A stretch of DNA of 63,731 nt, the filler included, from Octopus bimaculoides (lineage: Eukaryota): assembly GCF_001194135.2 (NCBI RefSeq). It is 5 parts of 5 records of this genome, joined end to end, with 100 filler letters (N's around TTAATTAATTAA, not from the genome) between each part and the next. Parts side by side here need not be neighbours in the genome. Positions count along the whole stretch, not along the records: positions 31,188 to 43,851 come from NC_068992.1; positions 43,952 to 55,162 come from NC_068985.1; 3 more parts are not named here. One strand, written 5' to 3'. The notes below the pieces were generated by a model. That model was given only the letters and a program-made list of their open reading frames with translations, had not been told where the DNA came from and searched no databases. The position numbers and the translations under genes were made by a program. How positions within the stretch are numbered: the first letter of the stretch is position 1; each line of letters starts with the position of its first letter. Shown here one piece after another: positions 37,402 through 51,612 of this stretch.

Positions 37402-37859
37402 CACACACACGCACACACATATGCGCACGCACCACCACTCCTACAGATTATACTCAACATTGAAAGGAAGCCAAAGACATTGGTTAACCAAGTCATTGAT
37501 ATACTTTGTCTGCAACAAAACCCCTAGTATTGCCAGGGCTTTAACCATGTCATAGATTTCTTGAATGGGTGCTGAAACGTTTCAAAACAATTGCAAAGAT
37601 ATCAACATGTCTATAAATAGAAAGTAACCAATCGATATGATTCAAATGACATAACGAATGTTTTTTTTTAAATTTAACGTAAGCTTCTCAATTTATAGCT
37701 AGGAAAACAAATCTTAGCGGCATTTGCTAGCAACTTCTAATCTCTAGTTATCTGGATTCAGAAGATTTCACTATCTCGAATAAATTACGTAATACATTAC
37801 ATATTATACGATTAATAACTGAAATGTGTAATGATTAAGCAATACAGGTTTCAATTTTT

Positions 37860-38000
37860 AGCACAAGGCCAGAAATTTAAGAGAAGGGGTAAGTTAATTA
37901 CACTGACCCCTGTGTTCAATGGTATTATTTGATCGACCCCGAAATGAGGAAAGGCAGAGTTGAAATTGGCAGAATATGAAATCGGGACGTAATGACGGAC
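37860..38000 (-). mobile_element. Short interspersed repeat family C
   Basis: ttttagcacaaggccagaaattt...gatcgaccccgaaatgaggaaaggcagagttga. Confidence 0.6.
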
Positions 38001-41000
38001 GAACTCTCATTGATGAATACATAACAGCATAACATATACCAATACACAAATCCCCAACATTAATATAGCAATAGAATATACCTACGTAATGCTCACATCA
38101 GTAACGTTGATATAAGCATACATTATAACAGCAACATATAACTGTAAAATTGATATAGTCATACCGTATAACACCAGTTTTATCATGAAGCCATATCACC
38201 ACTGTCTAAATAGGAAAAAATTCTCTGACAGTGCTCTGTTTCAGTAGAGTTATTACCATTCTGTAAATTCCATCACAGATAACAGAATATGTTGTATAAC
38301 TTTCTGACACTTCAATAATTGGAAAATTCCAAGTAATTAGCCTTCCTTACAAACACCATCATTATTTTTTCCACAACCTAAATCATTTTCTACATAGATA
38401 TGAGTTATTTCTACGAATATAAACAAAAGTATACATATATATATACATACAAGCCATATATGTGTGAATGTGTGCATGCGTATATACATCAATCTATCTA
38501 TATATATATATATATATATATGCTGAAATATATGTATATAGATGTATGTATATGAGATCTGCATATATAATTCAATGTATACACCTATATCTATGTGTAT
38601 GTCCGTATAGGTGTATGTACATTAGTGACCTGTTGTGAATTATAAAAACAAAATTCTTACATATGGTTACGTATATTATAACTAAGACACACGTGTTCAT
38701 AGGCATATCAAATCATACACATGCACTTTCAGCGTCATGTATACAAACATATATGCATGCATGCATACATACGTACACACACACATAATGTTTATATACT
38801 TATAGGTATACATACACAGATGTATATGTATATGGGTGTGCTTGTGCATATGTATGTGTTTTTATTTGTTTGACCACATGTTTATGTATGTGTATTTGTC
38901 TAACTATTTATATACATACATATGATATATACATACGCACAAACATACATATGGTTGGGTGTATCTCAGTGTATTTAGCTGCATTCTCCTTCAGCAAATT
39001 TATTAATGTTTTTCACACATTTTCAGAGAAACAATTTTTCTATCAATACGTTAAGGTGACACTTTGAATGCCATCGAATTGATTATACCTTTAATATTTG
39101 AAATAACCATCTCCTGAATACTGATCATATAGTTAATTTGCTTCCATCAAAAGATAGAATAGAGAGGAGAAATAACAACTAAAAATATACGAAATGAAAC
39201 GTAAAACGAAAGAAATAAAAAATGAAAAAGAAACGACACATATATTGTGACTGTCCAATCAAGATTTTCGAAAATGTTTGTAGCGAAATCTCAACTCCCA
39301 ATCAAATATTCTATGAGGGAAGAAAGCAGTAAGTGATATCGGTAAATCGATATATATGAAAACTTGCCGCACAAGAAAACTTGCTGTGCTTTACAAGGGA
39401 ATCGAGAATGGTTTCTTTTGAAAGTGTTGACAAGCTTCCAAGATAGAAATCATCCTGTTATCTAACAATATGTTTGAGATATTCTTAAATTATTCACTCC
39501 ATATACCTCAAGGGTAAACATTTTTATTCTTCATATTACACCGAGACATTGACTGACTACAGAATGAAGAATTTTGCAAATACTTTTAAATGGAAGGAAA
39601 AACCTTAGGCGTTTCTTTTCGCGAACAACTTATGCAAAGGGAGTTTATGTTTATCATAGCGAAAGACACCAACTTATTAACATGACAAATACAAAGAAAG
39701 TGTATACAGTTTGCTCAGATATAAAAGTTTTCCCCTCTCAACAACAATCTGCGTAAGCTAAAGGCAGATGTCAGTTTGAGAAATTGAAATATTCACATTG
39801 GAACATCGACAGACAATACATATATAAAATAACGAAATATCTCATCAGAATGTATTGAATATCCTGTGACAGCATAGATGTGTGTATATGTGAAGAAATT
39901 ATTAATCCTTATAGCACATATTTGAAAATGTGAACGCGTTTCTGAGTGGACATGGAGACGAGTTCAGTTTAAGACCCCAGGAAGAATTTTGATAAATTAT
40001 TTGTTTGTATATTTCTAGAATATTATTTATTCACTGTTTGTTACTATGTGTTTGCTTTTCTAATATCTTTGCTATTTTCTTTAGATAATATGTATAGTAA
40101 TATTCATTTTAGCTATTTTGACAACACGAAAATTGAAAATTTAAGTTACAGATGTACGTATGCGTGTGCTGATAGATATGCATAGCAATGGTTATTCATA
40201 CATACATAAATACATACATGCATATATACATACTCACACACACACACACCTACACACACATATATACATACAGATATATATGCATATGTGTGTTTGTGTT
40301 TATGTATATTTTTGCATCTGTGCTTGTATTTAACCATGTCTGTTTTATCTATCAACATAGGCAGGAATATCAGTAGATATTCATATATGTGTATGTGGAT
40401 GTGTGTGTATATATACATACAAACATACACATGCACACACGCATAAACACATACACACATACACACACGCACACACACATATTTATATGATGTACAACGC
40501 AGCATAAATCAGAAAGAGTGAAATACATTCCAATGTCAAAATGCCTCGGTTGCGGGTCTAATAAAAATATAAGTATATTCTTTCTAAGCTATTGAGGTAC
40601 GGAAAAAAGAACGGTGGCGCTATTTCACGGTTTGTTGACCTCTCCTCAGAGTGGACATAACATTCTGATTTTCCCACTAAATAACTTATGAGATGCAATA
40701 TAAAACAATGATAAATTAAAGTCGTTTATTAAGGTGTATCGTAATGGCCTCTCATTAATCAAATTTTATACGAATTACGCCCTGTCGTGCAGGATACAGA
40801 CATTTTATGCAGCCCCTGGGTAAATTAGATGTACTGATATATACAAAAACATATATTTCTATATAATAAACACACTCATGTGCACATGTGAGTAGAAAGA
40901 CAGATGAACATAAGAAGGCGTCATGTGTATAGTTACATGGAACGCTAAATGCAGAGTATTGAATATAGAAAGTAAGGAAAAGGTGTTCTGTAATAATCTT

Positions 41001-41299
41001 GTTTTGACAGCTGTTTAAAAACCACCATGACTACGTTCATACGTATAGAAGACTGATAATGTTGTAGGTGTATGGAATAGCATAAGGGTCAGCCTGATCG
41101 GAATAAGCTGGCTTCATCTAACGGATTACGTTATTAGTTAAATCCATAGCATTATGGGTAATTATTAAGTATAAATGTTGTTACCAAAATAGTTGTCAAG
41201 ATAAGACTCTTATATGACTGCTTTCTTATTAATTCAGTAGTCTGTTTGTTGTATTTTATTTAAATACACGCATTGAGTCTATTTATGTATGCATCGGCC

Positions 41300-42650
41300 T
41301 TTCTACTCCCAAGAAAAGATATCCTCTCTCAACTTCACCTTTTGGGAAACTTTTGTACAATATTCTCAAATACTCTGGCATTTCTTTCCTCGTTTTATTT
41401 TTACAAATTGTTTCATCACTTTAAGCTTTATGTGCAAAGGAGGTAGTAGGACATTACATAGATCTACACGAAATGTATTCTTGACGCTAGACAGTCCTGG
41501 ATGGTATGATGTTCTTGTCTGCCAGTTTGATTCCGAATAATGTTTGTGAGTTGCTTGAGTATCCCATAGACAGAAGAAACAAAATTATTTTGTGAAACCT
41601 GACTGCATTCACATTAACATTCTAATGGTTTTTAAATCTCCACATATTTCCCATGGGTATATTTCATAGGCAATGGCATGAAGTCAGAGTTCCATATTCT
41701 CATATGATTCATGATGCTCGGAGTATGCAATAGGAATGGAGGGTTTCAAATTACCATTATGGAGAAGTACAGCTTTTAAACTTCGTTTGAAGAATCAATA
41801 ATCAAGCATCGTTCTGCAGGATCATGATGTTACTGCAAAAGTCTATCGATGTTACTGCAAAAGCAAAGTGGACCGTCAACAGAAAAACACATTTGTAGAA
41901 CCACATTTCTCTTTCGAAAATAAGTTATACGAACACTGTGCTCTAACATATTCTTCACCCTCGCTTTTGATGCCAATTCTTCTGCTCTGACAAAGTCATT
42001 CAGTTCAGCTGGGGCAAATTTCCGAAGTTCAAAGCTATTATCATCAGCCACGTAATATTCCTCATCGTGACAGTCAGTATCATCCTCTGATGTTTCAATA
42101 ACATCATCTGGTGGAACTGGAATTGGCAGGATCCAAATTGGAATACGCAATTTTGTGTTTATTGTTCATAAAAAAAATCCTTTGACATTTACTTTGCAAA
42201 AATAAGTCATAAAATGGTCTTTTCGGCTCCCTTCATATCCTTGGAATGGCAAAAGGCATGGATTTCTTATTGAACCAGTCACGTAAGCCATTTGAGTAAG
42301 CTGAGGAGATACAATGTGATGCTCATAACTTGTCCAGATCTCCAAGGGGACAGTTAACGTATAGCTTATAAATCTTCTTGATTTCTGTTGATTTGGTACG
42401 TTTTTGAGCTTTCGCAATAAATTGTACACAGACATAACAAAATACATGAGGATGATTTCTACACTTGATATTGTTAACATCGTAAAACAAGTAAGGAAAT
42501 AGATACAAACAGTTATACTTATATAGAATTTGAGATGATGAAATATTTCATCAGACCAAATATGACTGGACAATTTGAGATGTTGAAATACTTATTTCAT
42601 CAGACAAAACTTGATTGGTTAATTTAAGATGATGAAATATTGCATCTGAA
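41300..42650 (-). mobile_element. Chapaev3-like (CMC superfamily) DNA transposon remnant
   Basis: The minus strand gives KCRNHPHVFCYVC, MPFAIPRI, LPIPVPP, ELNDFVR...AEELAS, IDSS-KRSLKAVLLHNGN, WEICGDLK, FCFFCLWD and LLPPLHIKL. Three ~50-nt subterminal repeats (gagatgatgaaatatttcatcaga) lie at 42529-42650. Confidence 0.75.
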
Positions 42651-44420
42651 CTATGCAACAATGAATAATGTAGTTTATTTTAAAGATATGTTTCCATGAT
42701 GTAAATGAAATACATGCATACACGTCATTAGTTGGATTTTATATATAATGCATGAGCTAAAACGAAAAAGCTTTATCATCTTAAACACTTATCATCTTAA
42801 ACTAATTGTATATTTAAAATCAGCATTAAAATCTACACTAAGTAAAATTGACATATGTTTGATGAAAAATACTATTATCAGAATCCAAAAGTGAATTAAA
42901 CACTCTTGAGGAATGGTCCTGTAACTGTTTTTTTTAGAGAATATCAATGTCTTGTCTTTCAAATCTTCAGTAATGAGAACAATTATACGAACTCAGAAGC
43001 GAGTTTAACAATCTTGAGATACCTTATTTTTCACCAGGATAGTGAGTTCTTTCACCTTGGGAGTTTTGTAAGTCAGATCTCCCCACAACTTTGAAGTGAC
43101 TCAAAAGCATTTACATCCTACGACAATTATGAAGTTACATTACAAAGTGAACCAAGCAGACTATGGAAGCCGAGTGTATTTAAGAGCGAAATAATTGCTA
43201 CTGTACTCTTTTAACTTAAAATTTGAAATAAATTTTTTTCAGTTTTTAATCCAGAAAATATGTAATGGAAATGGAATTTATTTTACGCTCTGGAAACTTC
43301 AAATGCAACCGAAATGTATTTATGTACATGGTCCTTATTAGAATTTAAAATAGGAAATGTTTTCTTCATTTTACGTTATACATAAACGGTAAAAGATCTA
43401 GAAGACTGTTTCTATGATACTTGAAATACTTCTGCATAAATTCTTTACGAATGAAGATGTCATTTCACTAGCAAACAGCATAGAAATATATACTTTTATT
43501 TATGACCATTTTAACATTGGAGTAGATAATATCAAGAGAAAATTAAAAGGATAACGTACTATTAGTCTCGTTAACCTGGGTAGACTATAATAAACAAATT
43601 GATATAGTAATATATTTTTTTTAATATTATAATTGTGAGTCCGTTCTCACGTGTGGTCATTTCTTTATATACGTGAAAGTTTTGATTTGAGGGAACAGTT
43701 GGCTGCTAATCGTATACTATCCGAAGATCTCTTATAAAATTTCTCGTGGAAGTTTCATATGAATTTGGTGAAGTCAACATAAGCGTAGAAGAGCATATAT
43801 GGATGTATATACGCAAACACAGACACTATATATATATATATATATATATATNNNNNNNNNNNNNNNNNNNNNNNNNNNNNNNNNNNNNNNNNNNNTTAAT
43901 TAATTAANNNNNNNNNNNNNNNNNNNNNNNNNNNNNNNNNNNNNNNNNNNNGGGGGTTATTGTTAAGGAGACATTCGATCATGTAGCTCCGGTTTCTCCT
44001 GCCTATAGCAAAAAAAAAAAAAATAGAAACAAATGATGTGGTCATGGCTGGAATGACTTTGATCATAGGTATGGTTAAAACCATACCGATCTGAGGTTCA
44101 ACCAATAACAGCTACGTTATCCGCCATATCACTATGTTATTATCCTCTACTCCCAGGACAGTGAAAAAGAAAATATTTTCACTACTACCATTGCTATCAC
44201 GACGATAGCAATTCTCTCTAATGCTGGGATACATTTTACCATTTCCATACCACCTGCATACATACACACATATCACAGTGACACGCAAACACACTCACAT
44301 ACATATACTCACGTAAATATACATAGACACAAATACACAGATATGCGTGTAAATAGACGTACATACCTCGGATATAGACACACACACACACACACATATA
44401 TATGTATATATTATATATAT

Positions 44421-44454
<34 letters not shown>

Positions 44455-44455
44455 G

Positions 44456-44545
<90 letters not shown>

Positions 44546-45394
44546 CATAAATATGCTCCCATAGAAACAAACACGCAGTTTTCCTAGAAATTCTTGCAAA
44601 CTGGTTCATATTTACATTTACACTCATACAAACGTGAACACAGCACACTCATACACACGGACACACAGAAAACATACACTCAGACATGCGCACGCATACA
44701 TTGTCTTCCCCTTCTCTCCCTCTCTCTCTCGTTCTATCTCTCTATCTGTCTATCTGTTTGTATCTCTATCTATCAATATCTTCCCTATTTTGCCATTTCT
44801 GTCCGAAGCTACCACATATTTAAACAGTCACCGTTACTCCGCCTCTCTCGCTCTCTCTCATTCTCAACCCTCTCTCTCCTCCCTCTCACTCTTCTTCCCC
44901 CTCTCTCCCTCCCTCTCTCCCTCCCTCTCTCTCTCTCTCTCTCTCTCCTTCCCTCCCTTCCTTCCTACATCTCCCTCTCTTACATTGTCATTCCAGTCCC
45001 TAACTAACACACACCCTCTGCTACCGACCGAAAATACCCCGAAAGTGAAAGTAGCCCACCCAATCAATTTCCGTTGTTGTAAACAGCACATAACTCTACA
45101 GCAGCAAGCACCACAATAGCAAACACTTCAACAGCACTACAGCAGCTGTACATCAGCAGTATAGCAGCATCATAGCAGCAGTACAGACAAAATCTCTCGG
45201 GCCGACCGGCAAAACACCCATCTTTACCAACATAAACTGTCATGACAACGACTATAACACACCAACCAACCAACTCTTTCAATATGGCTACGACTGGTGC
45301 GGCAGAAAAAAACACCCACTCTTCTTGTTGCGATGCATACTACCTAATATAGTTAGGCAGGTGCTAATGCTGTTTTATTTATCTTTATTCTTCT

Positions 45395-46080
45395 TTTTTT
45401 TATTTTTTTGTTTTTACGTGTTTCAGCCATTTGGGGCACCACCTTGAAGAATTTTTAGTCGAATGAATCGACCCCCAAACTTTTTTTGTTTTTTAAACCT
45501 GATACTTATTCTAACGGTCTCTTTTTCCGAACCGCTAAGTTACGGGGATGTAAACACACTAACACCGGTTGTCCAGCGGTGCAGTGAGGACAAACACAGG
45601 CACAAAACACGCGTATATATTCTTTTATTCATTTATTTGCTTCAGTCATTTGACTGCGTTCATGCTGGAGCCCCGCTTTTAGTCGAACAAGTCGACCCCA
45701 GGACTTATTCTTTGTAAGCCTAGTACTTATTCTACCGTCCCTTTTGCCGAAACGCTAAGTTACGGGGACTTAAACACACCAATATTGGTTGTCAAACGAT
45801 AGTGGTGGGGGACAAACACAGATACACAAACATATACATACATACATACCTCGATNNNNNNNNNNNNNNNNNNNNNNNNNNNNNNNNNNNNNNNNNNNNN
45901 NNNNNNNNNNNNNNNNNNNNNNNNNNNNNNNATATATATATATATATATATATATACGACGGGCTTCTTTCAGTTTCCGTCTAATAAATCCATTCACAGG
46001 GCTTTGGTCGGGTTGACATTATAGTAGAAGACACTTGCCCAAGGTGCCACGCAGTGGGACTGAACCCGGAACCATGTGGA
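45395..46080 (-). mobile_element. SINE family A with duplicated 3' module
   Basis: Two 3' modules (45395-45600 and 45620-45820) and a 5' head (45955-46080) separated by a gap. Confidence 0.7.
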
Positions 46081-46624
46081 TTACTCCCAACCTCGATGCC
46101 GTACGCCATATGTTTGTTGTTGAAATGTTTGTCAACTCGGAAAACGCGGGAGGTCTTTATGCTACATTCTGTACTACCACCATCACAACCACCAACTACT
46201 ACCACCATCACCACTACCAGCTACTACCACTTTCGCCAGCAACATCGTTATCGCTACCATCAACGCTTGCAAAACCATGAAAACCAAAAGCACTACCATT
46301 ACTAGCGCCAATACAATCGCCAACAACACCAACACCACCACTACCATCATCACCACCAGCATCATCACCATCAACATCACCACCATTATCCATACGACTA
46401 GTATTCTCAGTACCCTTACTATTACAAACGTCACCATCCCAATCACTGCTTGTACCGCCATCACAGACACATACACACACGCTCACACGGACACAGTACA
46501 TACATAGATACGCGTATACACGCGGTCGAACGTACACTCACACACACACAGATACACTCGGAACGATTGTGATATGCGATGTTTACGTATTTAATAAAAC
46601 ATCATTCTAACTTAATCGAAAGTG

Positions 46625-46790
46625 AAAATAGAAATCAAAATAAGACATAGCAGTAGGAGTGGCAGCGTCGACGCCGCCGTCGTAGTCGTGGTGGTGGTGG
46701 TGGCGACTGCGGCGGCGGCGACGGCGGCGGTGGCGACGGCGGCGGCGGCGGTGGTGGGAGTGGGCGTGGTGGTCGTCGTTGATTTTGCAG
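46625..46790. repeat. GC-rich trinucleotide repeat (GGC/GTG/GTC); similar (ACC)/(GCC) tract at 59098-59205
   Basis: Directly visible. Confidence 0.85.
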
Positions 46791-46990
46791 TTAAGACTCG
46801 TGTTAACCATGATCGAGTATACCTATGATCACATCGTATTCCAGGCATATTATGTGTCTGAAAGAGTGCGCGTGAGTGTGTGTGCGCGTGAGCGTGTATA
46901 CGTGTATGTATGTTTGTATGCATGCAGGTATGCATGAATGTATATATGTATATAAATGAACAAAAGAATATATATATAGATAACACATAC

Positions 46991-47039
<49 letters not shown>

Positions 47040-47189
47040 GTATATATACATGTGTGTGTGTGTGTGTGTGTATTATTTCTGGGGGAGACCTTGTCGCCGA
47101 GGTTAGCCTTGAATTTTTCTTTGTACTTCAACCAGAGTCTTTCTATTCTTCTCCTTCCAACATGGAACTGGTATTATCGTTTACCCTTT

Positions 47190-47390
47190 GCTTATTTCAG
47201 TTATTTGACTACGGCCATCTTGGGACACCACCTTTAAGGGTTTTAGTCGAACAAATCGACCACAATACTTACTTTTAAGCCTAGTACTCATCCTATCTAT
47301 GTCTTATCGCCGATTCGCTGAGTTACAGGAACATAAACACACCAACACCAGTTGTCAAGCGGTGGTGAGGACATACACAGACACAAAGAC
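47190..47390 (-). mobile_element. SINE family A 3' module (others at 53650-53815 and 55015-55120)
   Basis: tttcagttatttgactacggccat...ttagtcgaacaaatcgacc...gttgtcaagcggtggtg. Confidence 0.7.
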
Positions 47391-47608
47391 ATACATAGAT
47401 ATATGTATATAGCATACTATTATCGACCCGGGAGTCTAACTACGGTCGTTCCCTAGCACTTACATAGCTTAACCTCCATTTTAAGTCTTCTGGATATACC
47501 AAATCCTCCCATATATATATATATATATATTCCCGAGCGTCATACTAATATATACTTTTGTTATTTACACCACCTGTCCTCGTCTGTTGTTATTATTTGT
47601 ATATTCTC

Positions 47609-47639
<31 letters not shown>

Positions 47640-48569
47640 NNNNNNNNNNNNNNNNNNNNNNNNNNNNNNNNNNNNNNNNNNNNNNNNNNNNNNNNNNNNN
47701 NNNNNNNNNNNNNNNNNNNNNNNNNNNNNNNNNNNNNNNNNNNNNNNNNNNNNNNNNNNNNNNNNNNNNNNNNNNNNNNNNNNNNNNNNNNNNNNNNNNN
47801 NNNNNNNNNNNNNNNNNNNNNNNNNNNNNNNNNNNNNNNNNNNNNNNNNNNNNNNNNNNNNNNNNNNNNNNNNNNNNNNNNNNNNNNNNNNNNNNNNNNN
47901 NNNNNNNNNNNNNNNNNNNNNNNNNNNNNNNNNNNNNNNNNNNNNNNNNNNNNNNNNNNNNNNNNNNNNNNNNNNNNNNNNNNNNNNNNNNNNNNNNNNN
48001 NNNNNNNNNNNNNNNNNNNNNNNNNNNNNNNNNNNNNNNNNNNNNNNNNNNNNNNNNNNNNNNNNNNNNNNNNNNNNNNNNNNNNNNNNNNNNNNNNNNN
48101 NNNNNNNNNNNNNNNNNNNNNNNNNNNNNNNNNNNNNNNNNNNNNNNNNNNNNNNNNNNNNNNNNNNNNNNNNNNNNNNNNNNNNNNNNNNNNNNNNNNN
48201 NNNNNNNNNNNNNNNNNNNNNNNNNNNNNNNNNNNNNNNNNNNNNNNNNNNNNNNNNNNNNNNNNNNNNNNNNNNNNNNNNNNNNNNNNNNNNNNNNNNN
48301 NNNNNNNNNNNNNNNNNNNNNNNNNNNNNNNNNNNNNNNNNNNNNNNNNNNNNNNNNNNNNNNNNNNNNNNNNNNNNNNNNNNNNNNNNNNNNNNNNNNN
48401 NNNNNNNNNNNNNNNNNNNNNNNNNNNNNNNNNNNNNNNNNNNNNNNNNNNNNNNNNNNNNNNNNNNNNNNNNNNNNNNNNNNNNNNNNNNNNNNNNNNN
48501 NNNNNNNNNNNNNNNNNNNNNNNNNNNNNNNNNNNNNNNNNNNNNNNNNNNNNNNNNNNNNNNNNNNNN

Positions 48570-48623
<54 letters not shown>

Positions 48624-50689
48624 TGTGTGTGTGGAGAAAGACATGATAGCATGTACCATGCTTTCTCCACAATAGCAGAATTTGAACTCATAGCACAGTG
48701 ACTCTTGTATATCACAACTACTAGGATAAAATCATTCGTTTCAACGCTTATATTTCTCAGAACTTAACTTTTTTGTTGGATGAGAATACCAAGATGCGTG
48801 TTTCGTTTGTAAATGCTTACTTTGTCGCCGTTGTCGGCGGCGGCGGCGGCGGCGGCATCACCTCATATCTAAGTAGTTAATCTGAAGCGAGTAACTGAGC
48901 TTTTTCATATTGATGGGTGCGGAGGGAGCTGGTGCCTGAGGTGGTTGTTCAGGCCAAGGGCGGTTTAGAAGAGCCGAGAGCATTTGTTGCAGGCGAGTGT
49001 TGGCAGGGAGCGAGAAAATGTATGTATATTACATACATTTAGCACTGCAGTTGTCTTATTGTATATTGCGCACAGCGCTTGAGTTTGGTTTTTGGCTTAT
49101 TTTTGTGTACGTGTGCGCTTTATTTATTCATATCTTTATTTATTTATTTATTTATTTCAGTTACAAAATGTTTCCGCTCCCAATTTTGTTTAAAGACGTG
49201 ACATTCAGAGCCAATTTTCTCCCCTTTTCTCGTGGCATTATGAATCAGTCTTCTATATCTACCTTTATCATCTAAAAATTTCCTTTCAAAATTTTATTTT
49301 AATTCAGAATAGTAAAGCAGCACGTGTTCTCGCAACAATGCATACACAGAAATATAACTGGTTTCAAATGACAACATTAATTACAGCAAGGATTATATAA
49401 AACATGTTGTAGAGAATGTTTTATAGATATTTTCATGTTTATAAAATCAAATATTTTGATCGTGTGTTGTAGAAAACACTTCTATTTACAAACGTGACCT
49501 GACGAAAAGTGATTCGGCAATTTCGTTTCTCATTCAGCTTAAACGTGTCTTGTTATTTGAGATAGCTGAAAATGTGAGTGGACAAAAGGCCAATTCAATT
49601 ATGTGCAACTTTCAACAATGTCAAGATAGAAAGTGTAAGGGCGGACAGCTGTTCAAACTGCCAAGTGCTGAGTAAAAGAAGCATTTTTTAAAAAATAGTT
49701 TTGCTTTATATAGCCTAAGTGACTGCCAGAGTATAAATTTTTGATTGGTCCTTATAAAACCAGTGAAAAATATTTTAAAATCACCTGTTGCAAAGTGGGA
49801 AGCATTACATAGTTAATGATATCAAAATTGTTATGTTCCATGTATGACAGAGCATACAGTGTAGGATTAAAATCATGTAGCACGAGTGAATGGAGACGAC
49901 TGTGGCTTTTAACTAAATATGGCACTGACTAATTTCCCAGCTTTCCCTCGATGAGCAAAGAAAAAGTTTAATCACGCCCATCTTTGTTAACAATGGATTA
50001 TTCGTGTATAGCAACAGTGGCTGGAATAGTATTAATTCCAGTAGCTCTTCTATTCATTTAGGCATATAAAAACATTTACTGTTTAAAATCCCTCACATGG
50101 AGACGTTTTATTTTATTTTTTTTAATAGAGGGATATCTATATGTTTATTATCTATATATTTATTTAAATTAATATAAAATATTGATTTATTTGAGACTAT
50201 ACCAATAATTTGGTTTATCTATTGATTCTGAATTTTATTGTTCGCTCGCCAGAGATGGATAAAACAATTCGACGTCACATATTGAATGAAATTGGTTGGG
50301 GTGGATGAAAATGTAGACGCAGAACGGATGAAATGAGGTCGTGGGCCATAGTATTTCGACCTTCTTCTCTTGATGATAAAACATGAAACGAACTTTAAGA
50401 ATACGAAAATGTATTTCGCAAAACATGTAAATGTAATTATATATTGATACGTTTCTATAGCTTTATGCGTGCGCTTCGAGATATTACAAAAAGAAGAAAT
50501 AATTATATATATAATTATACGTACGTACGTACGTATGTATGTACGTATGTATGTATGTATGTATGTATGTATGTATGTATGTATGTATGTGTATTACACA
50601 TTATTATTTCGTTTAGGCGTAGCGATACGAATAACTAGTTAGAACTCCATATATTTGAGTACAGAGCGTAATATCAATTAATGAATGAA

Positions 50690-50900
50690 GGTGAAGACCT
50701 GGCAGATTCGTTATTGTGCCGGATCGAATGTTTAGCAGCATTTCTTCCGGCTTTATGCTCTGAGTCCCTTCTAGAGTCTACTTTGCCTTTCGTCCTTCGG
50801 GGTCAATAAATTACGTACCAGCTGAGCACTGAAGTTGATGTAACTGACTTAACCCGTCCGCCGAAATTGCTGGCCTTGTGTCGAAATTTGAAACCAATAT
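50690..50900 (+). mobile_element. Short interspersed repeat family C (another copy at 58630-58820)
   Basis: ctttgcctttcgtccttcggggtcaataaat...gaaattgctggccttgtgtcgaaatttgaaacc. Confidence 0.6.
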
Positions 50901-50949
50901 CAATTAATAAACTGCAAAAGAACAGTTCTACAACATATATACATGTGTG

Positions 50950-50996
<47 letters not shown>

Positions 50997-51299
50997 TTCG
51001 AAATGATACAAAAAAAAAANNNNNNNNNNNNNNNNNNNNNNNNNNNNNNNNNNNNNNNNNNNNNNNNNNNNNNNNNNNNNNNNNNNNNNNNNNNNNNNNN
51101 NNNNNNNNNNNNNNNNNNNNNNNNNNNNNNNNNNNNNNNNNNNNNNNNNNNNNNNNNNNNNNNNNNNNNNNNNNNNNNNNNNNNNNNNNNNNNNNNNNNN
51201 NNNNNNNNNNNNTATATATATATATATATATCTATATATATCATAGATAGATAGATGTATGTATGTATGTATAGGGTAAAGAACTCTTTGGGTCACGAA

Positions 51300-51612
51300 T
51301 GGCCATCAGATTGCTCCTAGAAAGTTCCCCTCCGAGGCACAAGTCCGGGTAAGGTTGTTTATAAAAGATCAACAGTCGCCCATGCATACCAACCTCTCCT
51401 CACCTTGTCACCGATGTTGTCTAACGGAAAAGCAGAGGCCGATACAACTTGGCACCAGTGACATCGAAACTCATTTCTATAGTTGAGTGAAATGGACCAG
51501 CATAAAATAAAAATGTCTTGCTCAAGAACACAATGCACAAACCACTTCGCGAATCGAACTCACAATCTCACGATTGTAAGCCTGGCGCTCTAATCACTGA
51601 GCCATGTGCCAT
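51300..51612 (-). mobile_element. tRNA-derived SINE (family D-like head, different body)
   Basis: The minus strand head reads ggcacatggctcagtgattagagcg...gagttcgattc, with A- and B-box-like motifs. Confidence 0.65.

Noticed and set aside
40600-40660. Minus-strand CTGAGGA...GAAA TAGCGCCA
   Set aside because: Stem II is weak and there is no NUH or stem I.
49742-49762. ATTGG plus TATAAAA as a CCAAT/TATA promoter
   Set aside because: Spacing is only ~5 bp, and such words are expected by chance in AT-rich DNA.
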